Of a stretch of DNA of 64,000 bases, positions 36,447 to 46,472 are shown in pieces. The DNA lies in assembly GCA_030704615.1 (NCBI GenBank), contig CM060732.1, positions 45,570,001 through 45,634,000 on the forward strand, in the 5' to 3' direction. Position numbers and translations under genes: made by a program. The notes under the pieces are model-generated. The model had not been told where the DNA came from, did not search any database, and was given only the letters and a program-made list of their open reading frames with translations. Numbering within the stretch: the first letter of the stretch is position 1; every line of letters starts with the position of its first letter. Source of the DNA: Takakia lepidozioides. Taxonomy: Eukaryota > Plantae > Bryophyta.

Positions 36447-39400
36447 CTGTGTTGTATGTATGCGCCATCGGGTCCAGGCTCGGAATTGTCTTTTGTACAA
36501 TTCAGCAGAAACGAATGTATTCTGCGCAAAGTAGCAAGAAAGCGCACGAGATCGTTTGGCAAGGCCGATAGTTGGTGTTTATGGTGCGTAGGTCAACATG
36601 GAACAGCGCTGGCAGCAGTTCTGTAAACATCCTTCACAATGGTGGGACAGTAGCCTTGACAAGCTTTTCATGTTGGATGAGAAGGAGTCTGAGCTCTGGT
36701 ATGATCGTATTGTGTGGACTGGATTGTACCCCTAGTTGTTGAGTGAAGTTAGAATCTCGCTTTGCTCTGCGAAGACTTCTATTATTGTCCGTATTCACAA
36801 TGGTGGGACAAACGCAATGGCAAGGTGTGGCTTTCTTAGTGCACGATGTGAAGAAGTTTGTCCATCCTACAATTGTGGGCTCTTCCTGCTAGTCATGATT
36901 TCGTAATTTTCTGTTGGTTACAAGATACTTGGGAGGGTCCGCTTGGTCTTAGGAGGCCGAGTTTAGATTATGGCTGCTCAGCTGCACCGTGGTGGCTCTC
37001 GTCACAGACCAAGCGGAGATCACCTGACTCCAGACACAAGCAGCACACAGAAGAAGTCCATTTGGGTTGATGGTCGGTTGAATCCTCCATGGGTGACAGG
37101 AAAGCTAGCTGCTTTCATGACACCAGGACAATGTGGTGAGGGCACCTTCTTCTTGAACACATTTCAGCCTGTTTTGCCCTCTTATCAGAGTCGTCCCTAA
37201 ATTTTCATGTTGAATTCTGCTAGTATTCGTTGGGTGGATCTATGATGGTTTGGAGTGATTTTCACATATTACTGCCAATGTGGCAGCAGGAAAGTATCCA
37301 AAAACAAATAACAGAGATGAGGAGAAGCTTCGGACTGAATATTATTTGGACGCCCGTCAATGGTGCTACAATCGAGGCAAAAAGGTGAATGCCTGTTAGA
37401 TTACAGAGAGAAGCAGACAACAAGATGCAATGCAAAGCTTTGTTGGGAATTCGTCCTCTCTCCCCAGCACTTTTTTAAAGTCTTGGGAGCGAATTGCTGT
37501 GTGTGATGGGTAGGGTTGGGGTGTTTGCTAGAGCAAATCTAGGCTGTCATTGTCAGCTGCTAGCAGATTGGCCAGCATGTGTACATGATTGGTGCAGAGG
37601 TATGCACAGATCAAGGACCAGGGATAGAGTGTGGGTCCACATTCATTCAAGTGGGCCGGATTTCAAGCACAAAAATACCTGTGATTCCCTGTGGATCGAT
37701 AGCTACAAGCAACTTGCATGGGTGGACGGTCAATTGGAAGCAGCAGCAGCAGCGGCACAGTTGATAAACTTAGGCACCTCAACCATGACCACAGCTTCCA
37801 AAAGACGACCAAGAGAGGAGGTCCACAATGCCTCTTCTGTCACTTGTGGGCATGTGAGGATGCTATGTGAGGCAGGCCGACTGAAAGAGGCTCTACAGAC
37901 TTTAAACCAGGGAGGAATTTCTGCAGATTCAGATACTTATGTCTGTCTTTTGCATAAGTGCATCAAGATGAAAGGCCTGGAAGCTGGAAAGCAGGTGCAC
38001 GCTCACATTATGCAAAGTGGATTCAAGCCAAATGTTTATCTACACAACACACTTGTCAACATGTATGTTAAATGTGGGAGCATCGTGGATGCTCACCAAG
38101 TGTTCAACACAATGCCTCAACGATGGTTACTCACGTGGAATATAATGATGTCAGGATTAACCAAGCATAGGTGTGGTAGGAATGCTTTGGAGACATATGA
38201 GCAAATGAGGCGGGAAGGGGTGAAGCCCGACCACATCACATTTGTTTGTGTTTGCAAGGCGTGTGCAGGCATGGCAGCCCTAGAAAAGGGCAAAGAGGTC
38301 CATGGTGACATCGTCAAAGCTGGAATTGTACCTGATGTCATTTTGAACACTGCCCTGGTAGACATGTATGCCAAATGTGGGAGCATTGAAGATGCAAAGC
38401 GAGTCTTTGACAATATGACCCAACGAAATGTGGTGTCGTGGAACGCGATGATTGCAGGATATGCACATCAGGGGTGCGGGATGGAGGCTTTGGAGACCTA
38501 TGAGCAAATGATGCGGGAACGGGTGAAGCCCAACAACATCACGTTTATTTGCGTTTGCAATGCATGTGTGAGCCTGGCAGCCCTGGAAAAGGGCAAAGAG
38601 GTCCATGGTGACATCGTCAAAGCTGGTATTATACCAGATGTCATTCTGAACACTGCCCTGGTGGACATGTATGCCAAGTGTGGGAGCATTGAAGATGCAA
38701 AGGGAGTATTCAACAATATGGCTGAACGAAATTTGGTGTCATGGAATGCAATGATTGCAGGATATGCCCAGCAGGGAGTTGGGATGGAGGCTTTGGAGAC
38801 CTATGAGCAAATGATACAGGAAGGGGTGAAGCCCAACCACATCACGTTTGTTTGCATTTGCAATGCATGTGCGAGCCTGGCAGCCCTTGATAAGGGCAAA
38901 GAAGTCCATGGTGACATCGTCAAAGCTGGAATTATACCAGATGTCATTTTGAACACTGCCCTGGTGGACATGTATGCCAAATGTGGGAGCGTTGAAGATG
39001 CAGAGGGAGTGTTCGACAATATGGCTGAACGAGATGTGGTGTCGTGGAGCGCGATGATCGCAGGATATGCACAGCAGGGGCGCGGGGTGGAGGCTTTGGA
39101 GACGTATGAGAAAATGATAGGAAAAGGGGTGAAGCCAAACCACATCACATTTGTTTGCATTTGCAGTGCGTGTGCGAACGTGGCAGCCCTAGAAAAGGGC
39201 AAGAAGGTCCATGGTGACATCGTAAAAGCTGGAATTGTACCAGATGTCGTTCTCAACAATACTCTTGTGGACATGTATGCCAAATGTGGTTCCATCGAGC
39301 ATGCAAAGGGAGTGTTCAACAATATGGCTGAACGAGATGTGGTGTCGTGGAGCGCAATGATCACAGGATATGCACAGCAGGGGTGCGGGATGGAGGCTTT

Positions 39401-41999
39401 GGAGACCTATGAGCAAATGATGCGAAAAGGGGTGAAGCCTAACCACATCACGTTTGTTTGCGTTTGCAATGCGTGTGCGAGTGTGGCAGCCCTGGACAAG
39501 GGCAAAGAGGTCCATGGTCACATCATCAAAGCTGGAATTGTGCCAGATGTCATTCTGAACACTGCTCTGGTGGACATGTATGCCAAATGTGGGAGCATTG
39601 AAGATGCACAGGGAGTGTTCAACAATATGGGTGAACGAAATGTGGTAACGTGGAACGTGATGATTGCAGGATATGCACAGCAGGGGCGTGGGATGGATGC
39701 TTTGGAAACATATGAACAAATGATACAGGAAGGGGTGAAGCCCAACCACATCACGTTTGTTTCTGTTTGCAATGCCTGTGCGAGCCTGGCAACCCTGGAA
39801 AAGGGAAAAGAGGTCCATGGTCACATCATCAAAGCTGGAATCATACCAGATGTCATTTTGAACACTGCCCTGGTGGACATGTATGCCAAATGTGGGAGCA
39901 TTGAAGATGCAAAGGGAGTGTTTAACAATATTGCGGAACGAGATGTGGTGTCGTGGAGCGTAATGATTGCAGGATATACACAGCAAGGACTCGGGATGGA
40001 GGCTTTGGAGACCTATGAGCAAATGATGCGGGAAGGGGTGAAGCCCAACCACATCACGTTTGTTTGCATTTGCAATGCATGTGCAAGCCTGGCAGCCCTG
40101 GAAAAGGGCAAAGAGGTCCATGGTGACATAGTCAAAGCTGGGATTGTACCAGATGTCATTCTTAACAATGCCCTTGTGGACATGTATGCCAAATGTGGTT
40201 CCATAGAGCATGCAAAGGGAGTTTTCGACCAAATGGCTGAACAAGATGTGGTGTCGTGGAATGCGGTGATCGCAGGATATGCACAGCAGGGCCACGGGAT
40301 GGAGGCTTTGGAGACCTATGAGCAAATGATTCGGGATGGGGTGAAGCCCAACCACATCACATTTGTTTGCGTTTGCAATGCGTGTGCGAGCCTAGCAGCC
40401 CTGGAGAAGGGCAAAGAGGTCTATGGTGACATAGTCAAAGCTGGAATTGTACCAGATGTCATTCTGAACACTGCCCTTGTGGACATGTATGCCAAATGTG
40501 GGAGCATTGAAGATGCAAAGGGAGTGTTCAACAATATGCCTGAACGAGATGTGGTGTCGTGGAGTGCTATGCTTGCAGGATATGCACAGCAGGGGTGTGG
40601 GATGGAGGCTTTGGAGACCTACGAGCAAATGATGTGGGAAGGGGTGATTCCCGACCGCACCACATTTGTATGCATTTGCAATGCGTGTGCGAGCCTCGCA
40701 GCCCTGGAAAAGGGCAAAGAGGTCCATGGTGACATCGTCAAAGCTGGAATTATACCAGATGTCATTCTGAACACTGCCCTGGTGGACATGTATGCCAAAT
40801 GCGGGAGCATTGAAGATGCAAAGCGCGTGTTTGACAATATGGCTGAACGAGACGTGGTGTCATGGAGCGCAATGATCGCGGGATATGCCCAGCATGGTTG
40901 TCATAGGGAGGCTCTGCAACTATTTGAAGGAATGCAGTTGGAAGGCTTGAAGCCAGACAGTATCACCTTTATATGCGTCCTCTCTGCATGCAGCCACGTT
41001 GGCCTGCTGGATGAAGGAAGACGCTACTTTAATTCCCTGAGTCAAGATCATGGTGTCACTCCAACAGTAAAGCACTTTGGCTGCATGGTGGACCTTCTTG
41101 GACGTGCAGGGCGATTGGATGAGGCACATGACCTCATCAATAAAATGCCAATCAAACCAGATGCTGTGGTGTGGAAGGCCTTGCTTGGTGCCTGCAGAAT
41201 CCATGGCAATGTAGAGATGGCTGAATGTGTCGCAACATCTATTCTCAAGTGGGATGAACAGGATGCCGCGACTTATGTGTTGCTATCAAACATATATGCC
41301 GCAGCCGGCAGGTGGGACGATAGTTCAAAGGTGAGAAAAATGATGAAGGTCAGAGGGGCTAGAAAGGAGCCAGGTCGCTGCTGCATTGAGATTGGCAACA
41401 GGGTGCACACCTTTGTTGTAGATGACAGATTGCATCCCAAAATTAAGGAAATCCATGCTGAGCTGAGAAGATTGTTTGGGCAGATGAAGGAGGCAGGGTA
41501 CGTGCCTGACACACACTTTGTGTTGCATGATGTGGGGGAGGAGAATAAGGAATTTTCTCTTTGCCACCACAGTGAGAAGCTGGCCATTGGTTTTGGGCTG
41601 ATTAGCACAGCCCCTAGGACACCTCTCCGTCTTATCAAGAACCTTCGGGTCTGTGGTGACTGCCACACCTCCACCAAGTTCATCTCAAAGATTGTTGGCC
41701 GAGCAATTGTTGTACGGGATGCTAACCGCTTCCACCACTTTGAAGATGGGGTTTGTTCTTGTGGGGATTACTGGTGAAACAATGTTTTTCTGGGACGGTG
41801 CGAGTGTCTTGCTTCATTCATTGATCTCAGTTCATCCACCGTTTCCTTGGAGTATCGACCATGATGTAGTGTTGAGGGCATTTCATGTGGCATAACCGCA
41901 GGAAATGGTAGTGGGGGGTCTATCCAGCATAGGTGGGTGGGAAGTCAGCCCATTTGCACCTCACTAGAGCAGGTAATGAGTGAAGGGGGGAATTTTGAC
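36447..41999. repeat. Right arm of the inverted duplication
   Basis: Reverse complement of ~21800-27409, with one extra PLS triplet and lacking the ~340-bp segment at ~26700-27050. Confidence 0.9.
37494..41777 (+). CDS. PLS-E1-E2-DYW PPR editing factor paralog, 9 P1L1S1 triplets and an N-terminal PDF motif
   Basis: 1427-aa ORF with the same architecture as 22023-26144. Likely upstream exons at 37008-37135 and 37287/37290-37384. Confidence 0.95.
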   Translation: MLCVMGRVGVFARANLGCHCQLLADWPACVHDWCRGMHRSRTRDRVWVHIHSSGPDFKHKNTCDSLWIDSYKQLAWVDGQLEAAAAAAQLINLGTSTMTTASKRRPREEVHNASSVTCGHVRMLCEAGRLKEALQTLNQGGISADSDTYVCLLHKCIKMKGLEAGKQVHAHIMQSGFKPNVYLHNTLVNMYVKCGSIVDAHQVFNTMPQRWLLTWNIMMSGLTKHRCGRNALETYEQMRREGVKPDHITFVCVCKACAGMAALEKGKEVHGDIVKAGIVPDVILNTALVDMYAKCGSIEDAKRVFDNMTQRNVVSWNAMIAGYAHQGCGMEALETYEQMMRERVKPNNITFICVCNACVSLAALEKGKEVHGDIVKAGIIPDVILNTALVDMYAKCGSIEDAKGVFNNMAERNLVSWNAMIAGYAQQGVGMEALETYEQMIQEGVKPNHITFVCICNACASLAALDKGKEVHGDIVKAGIIPDVILNTALVDMYAKCGSVEDAEGVFDNMAERDVVSWSAMIAGYAQQGRGVEALETYEKMIGKGVKPNHITFVCICSACANVAALEKGKKVHGDIVKAGIVPDVVLNNTLVDMYAKCGSIEHAKGVFNNMAERDVVSWSAMITGYAQQGCGMEALETYEQMMRKGVKPNHITFVCVCNACASVAALDKGKEVHGHIIKAGIVPDVILNTALVDMYAKCGSIEDAQGVFNNMGERNVVTWNVMIAGYAQQGRGMDALETYEQMIQEGVKPNHITFVSVCNACASLATLEKGKEVHGHIIKAGIIPDVILNTALVDMYAKCGSIEDAKGVFNNIAERDVVSWSVMIAGYTQQGLGMEALETYEQMMREGVKPNHITFVCICNACASLAALEKGKEVHGDIVKAGIVPDVILNNALVDMYAKCGSIEHAKGVFDQMAEQDVVSWNAVIAGYAQQGHGMEALETYEQMIRDGVKPNHITFVCVCNACASLAALEKGKEVYGDIVKAGIVPDVILNTALVDMYAKCGSIEDAKGVFNNMPERDVVSWSAMLAGYAQQGCGMEALETYEQMMWEGVIPDRTTFVCICNACASLAALEKGKEVHGDIVKAGIIPDVILNTALVDMYAKCGSIEDAKRVFDNMAERDVVSWSAMIAGYAQHGCHREALQLFEGMQLEGLKPDSITFICVLSACSHVGLLDEGRRYFNSLSQDHGVTPTVKHFGCMVDLLGRAGRLDEAHDLINKMPIKPDAVVWKALLGACRIHGNVEMAECVATSILKWDEQDAATYVLLSNIYAAAGRWDDSSKVRKMMKVRGARKEPGRCCIEIGNRVHTFVVDDRLHPKIKEIHAELRRLFGQMKEAGYVPDTHFVLHDVGEENKEFSLCHHSEKLAIGFGLISTAPRTPLRLIKNLRVCGDCHTSTKFISKIVGRAIVVRDANRFHHFEDGVCSCGDYW

Positions 42000-44239
42000 C
42001 GACTCTGGTGATAGTAGAAGGACATCAGAGGTGCTGTCCTCATTCTGGTGTGGGTGGTGAAGCTTCTCCAAAGTTGGAAGGTGAAAGTGAATACAAATTG
42101 GAACGAGCTTAATTAGAGGGGCAGCCTTGTGTACAAGTTTGTTCAGCATCTTAAATGTGGACTTGTTCTTATGTTGTTGATGGTGCTGCTTCAGATAGAG
42201 AGCCCCTGACTAACTAGCAGGAATGTGTTGAAAGCTAGCCTTAACCCACCGAGGTCTAATCCCATGGTGACCACTTGCAAGTGAACCCTTGTTTTCTTTT
42301 CCTCAATCTCTTGCTGCCAGTAACTGGTCCAATATCTCAAATTTGGACCCAAAAACTCCCATGGGACACTAATATATTAGTTTGTATTAATTTTGTGGAC
42401 ATTAACTGAACCAACGTAATGGAGCAAGAGCTCTGCACGGTAGGTAGATCAGCAGGCTGAGACTCTTAAGGATTCTCAGTTCATCACTAGCTATCCATTC
42501 CATATGCCTATACAACTTATCCAACCTCAGTACTTAAAGAATTCAACGTGAAAATCTAGGGACGACTCTCATAAGAGGGCACCTCAGTAAGTAAATTCCG
42601 CGTCTTCTAGACTCCCGCTTTTCCAGCTGGGCACTGCTGCTATAACTTCGTTACGGAAGTTAGCTACGGAAGTTAGCTGCGGAAGTGGGATCTCTCCTGA
42701 GAGGTTACGATTTGATGGTCGATTACAGAAGCCTCTAGTTCCGACTTTCACCAAGTGCGCTTCGCCTCTCTTGGGCGAACGGCTGGGGAGCCTGATCAAA
42801 CAGCTGAGCAGGAACGGAACTACACCTGTCTAAAAAATATGGCTGGCCAATTTTCAAGGCAATTCCAAACTGAACCTCCGGCCACGGAAAGGGCCGTATC
42901 TAGTAGAATACTAACATCCATGGAAGACGCGGACAAAGTCAGGACAAAGTCTGTTTCTTCTCCAGACTGCTCCTGGGAGACTCAGGGCTCCACGCAGACT
43001 CGCGCTCCTCGATTAACACGATCGCTGCCTCGCTGCCCAAGGTCCTCAGAACCTGCTGTGGTTTCTAAGTTTCCATGAAAGCAGAGAACTACTTTGTTGT
43101 CGTCAGATTCCACTGCAGTGAACTCCAGCTTCTTCCATCTCTCAACTTCATCTTCACAATCGGAAGTATCCAAGATGATCTCATTTCCAACAGTGAAAGC
43201 TGAAGTTGGTGGGGCGTCAGATCATACAACCATTGGAATCTGACAATTCAAGAAACATTCATGATTAATTGGCGCATCGGATGGGGAGGTAAATTCCTTG
43301 CGACTTTGGTTGTGTGCAATTACAGTGTCGACGATGTATACAGATTGGTGCTACATTCTCTTAAGACGGTCTTACACTAGAAACCATTTCTCAAAATACT
43401 CAAGCTTATCTTCACTTTCCTGTTCTTCGGCAGCCCCACGAGTACGAGCCCACGAATTACCGCGTCAATGTGCACGCACTTGCTCCTTAACTCAGAGCCG
43501 TCCCCGCCAGGTGTGAACTCTTAGAACTACTCTCGTCATCTTCGCTTAAACTCCAGATCAGTATTTTTGAAGCATAGCCACGCGGACGTGCTGCACGATG
43601 GTCCTGTCATTGAAGCTCATTGAACTTGCATCTAGCCGCTGGGCAAATTCTTCACACGTGCAAGTTACAACATCCATTGTCAAAGTAGCCATTGTGATCA
43701 GATTAGTCCCTGTTTGCGTAAAGAATGACACGTGAATACTACTCTGAAGTAGTACAAGTCCCACAAACACAACCCCCCCATCCCTCTCCCTCTTGTGACG
43801 CTAACCCTCACCTCACTAGCTGGATGAAGTACTACAAGTCTTGTACAACAGGATTCTTGTTCAGTCAGTGACCCCACCACGCTCGGTCCATCACAAGGTA
43901 CCAACACTTCGATCCAAAACATACTTTCAGAGATTGCTATTGAAAGGGATTCGAGGGTCAATCAGTCCCATTCTGCAACAAGCGCGATCTGCCACTACCG
44001 CAACAAAAGCTGAAAGCTGATCCCGTGCACACATGACTTACTATTACTGCCGCAACACAAATTTGGAGAAATCCAAGCTCCAAGCTCATCGCAGGTTGCA
44101 GTGAATTGCACAATCTCGCTGGAAAGGACTGCCGACAGCGTCAAAGGTGCACGCAGCTCGATGCACCCATCACTAAAATTCTAGCAACGACCCGAAGGTC
44201 GGAAGCTAGTTTAGCGTAGGGCAGGAATAGGGTGCCATA

Positions 44240-44312
44240 GTGCCACGTCATCATAGCCACGTCATCGTGGCCACATCATCATAGCCACGTCATCGTCATC
44301 AACCACGTCATC
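44240..44312. repeat. Array of five CCAC(G/A)TCATC motifs
   Basis: gccacgtcatcata gccacgtcatcgtg gccacatcatcata gccacgtcatcgtc...accacgtcatcg, with a period of about 14 bp. Confidence 0.8.
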
Positions 44313-44655
44313 GTCGTCGTTTTTCTTAAGAACCTGCCCGAAATGCCCGACAATAATCAGGAGAGGTGTCTTGCAGCGAAGGGGCGATGATGTCCCCGCA
44401 TCGGAGGGGTTTCACACACCGATCTCCCACAAGGAGATCCTACATGGTGGATGCTGCAGAACCTTTTTTCATTTTGAAATTGGGACTGGCTGCAGTATGA
44501 GGATTCCAAGCCCATTATGCTCTAAAATCCACTTCCATAACCAAATTCGTCAAGGAGAGATTCAATTCCCAGATACCCCACTTTGAAGGAATCGGATGCA
44601 ACGAGGACACCGGTGCAACTGGCAACATTCTAGCTTCCAGACGTGCAGTTGAATA

Positions 44656-44745
44656 AGCAGGATATGCTCAGCATGGACGTGCAGAGAGACTTTTGATATC
44701 TATGATCAAATGCACCGGGGAAGGGTCAAGCTTTCTGATGTCACA
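44656..44745 (+). pseudogene. Degenerate PPR P-motif fragment
   Basis: AGYAQHGRAE...IYDQMH...GVK..DVT, read across frameshifts. Confidence 0.55.
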
Positions 44746-45134
44746 AGCAAATTTGATATCACTCTACAGTATAGTTTGGTAAGCTCGCCTTCACTCTTTT
44801 ATCCCCATGACCTTTATCTCCCCACAGTGTTTCACAGCACATTAAAAACAGATGTGTGTCCACCTACCGCAAGCTAGGGGGCTGGAGCAGCAGTGCTGCA
44901 ATCGATCTCATGCTTTTAAAATGACGTCAACATCGGCCCATATTTTACCACTCAGTTCCCTGCAAAGGATTGCTGTCGGCTATGTCAATGGAAATTCTGG
45001 GCGAAGTAAACCTGGTGGGCTGAAGCTTTCGGAAGGCTTTTAGTATCTGGCAGCGACGAGGCCCTTACATTCTGTCTTTCTGTGGAGAACTTCCTCAAAA
45101 CAAGTGTAAGATCAGAAAAGTAGAAGAGAACCAA

Positions 45135-45749
45135 CCGACACTCAGTGCACCCCATTTTGTTGACAGCGCCCCGTATGTCAAGGCCGTGGACATTAAGAAT
45201 CCATATCGGCTTGTTACAAGCATGGAAGGAGCTGCAGTCTCTCTTGCAAAGGGCGCGGGAATAGTTGTCTTGCTGCGCCTGGTCTCCGCACCAGCAGCAA
45301 ACGACTGCATTAACCTCTGTCCATTTGAGAGATTCACGCCAGTGCCAGCAGCTTCCAATGAGGCAGCGTGTGAGGTGGAGTAATACGGAGTGTGCTTCTT
45401 CTCCATAGACGTGTCTACATCGTTGCTCGGTACAGATACTCATACATGACCCAGTGCACAGGTACACATTGCTCAGAGGCACAGACACGCCCTTCTCGTC
45501 CACAAGCTCCGCATGGAAGTCCCTAATTCCCAGATGGCCCTTCGGAGCATCCACCACGAAGTATTTGTTCCTCACGTCCCCAGGACGGAACGTCAATGGA
45601 GGAGACAAGAACGATTTCTTCTGCAATCCACTAGCCTGCAGCGATTTTCAAGCACTACCTCCGTCCTGCACAAATCCCGGCGCTGCAGCACCTCCCCCTA
45701 GCGTACACAGCAGCGCCACCACCATCCACAGCTGCGCTCTGCACTCCAT
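45135..45749 (-). pseudogene. Stress up-regulated Nod19 (SURNod19) family pseudogene, first exon only
   Basis: Signal peptide MECRAQLWMVVALLCTL, an in-frame TGA, then SPPLTFRPGDVRNKY...GHLGIRDFHAELVDEKGVSVPL, a frameshift through the HHW motif, GAETR, and LNVHGLDIRG...GCTECR followed by GT. Confidence 0.8.
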
Positions 45750-46472
45750 CACACCTCCCTGCTTCGCCTTCGATTCTACCCCCACCACCAACCCACCCAA
45801 TTCTCTTCAACCAAAACTGCAGCAGCAGATCGTGGACCCATCTCAGATCCACAGCTCCCATCCGTGCTGTGGCAGAAGGCACGAGAGGAGGTGACACCTG
45901 GGGAAGGCACAACTGGGGCTTAGCGCTTTTTGACACTGCGTAGCCCGAGGCATTGCGACCCGAACGCCAAGGTGGGCCTCAGGTGGGGGACTTACCCGGC
46001 GTAAAGACAGAGGGTTTCTTTTCGCAGTGGATGGCTAAGATGTCTTAAGGATCGAAGTGGATGGCTGAGATCCCTAGAATTAGAATAAAAGAAAAGAAAT
46101 TAGTAAAGAAAAGATGACACTGTGTAAGGTCCCGACTCCCCGGGGCCTGTTGACCTGACATTTCGTCAGGTAAGCTCGTAGCATCCTCAGTCTCGGGTAC
46201 AGCGACAACAAGAGCACCTATATAAACATGCCTGCAACCACATTACTATCGTCTCTTCTCTCTCGCCATCACACTCTTAAGCAGCGCCAGCTATCTCATT
46301 AGTCATTGCTGCTGCTGCTGCTGAGGTTACCTTTTAGGGTGGGTCAATCTGAGAATCTGACAAGCTCGTTTGTGTAGAGAGCTTGTGTTTCCATCACTGC
46401 AGCCTGCTTGCTTAACCTTGATTGTGGAATTTGTGCTTCCATTAACAGAATTTGACATTGTGCTAAGTCGCC

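Noticed and set aside
42584-43970. Several short ORFs that might be transposon relics
   Set aside because: Only weak SWIM-like hints, not enough to assign a family.
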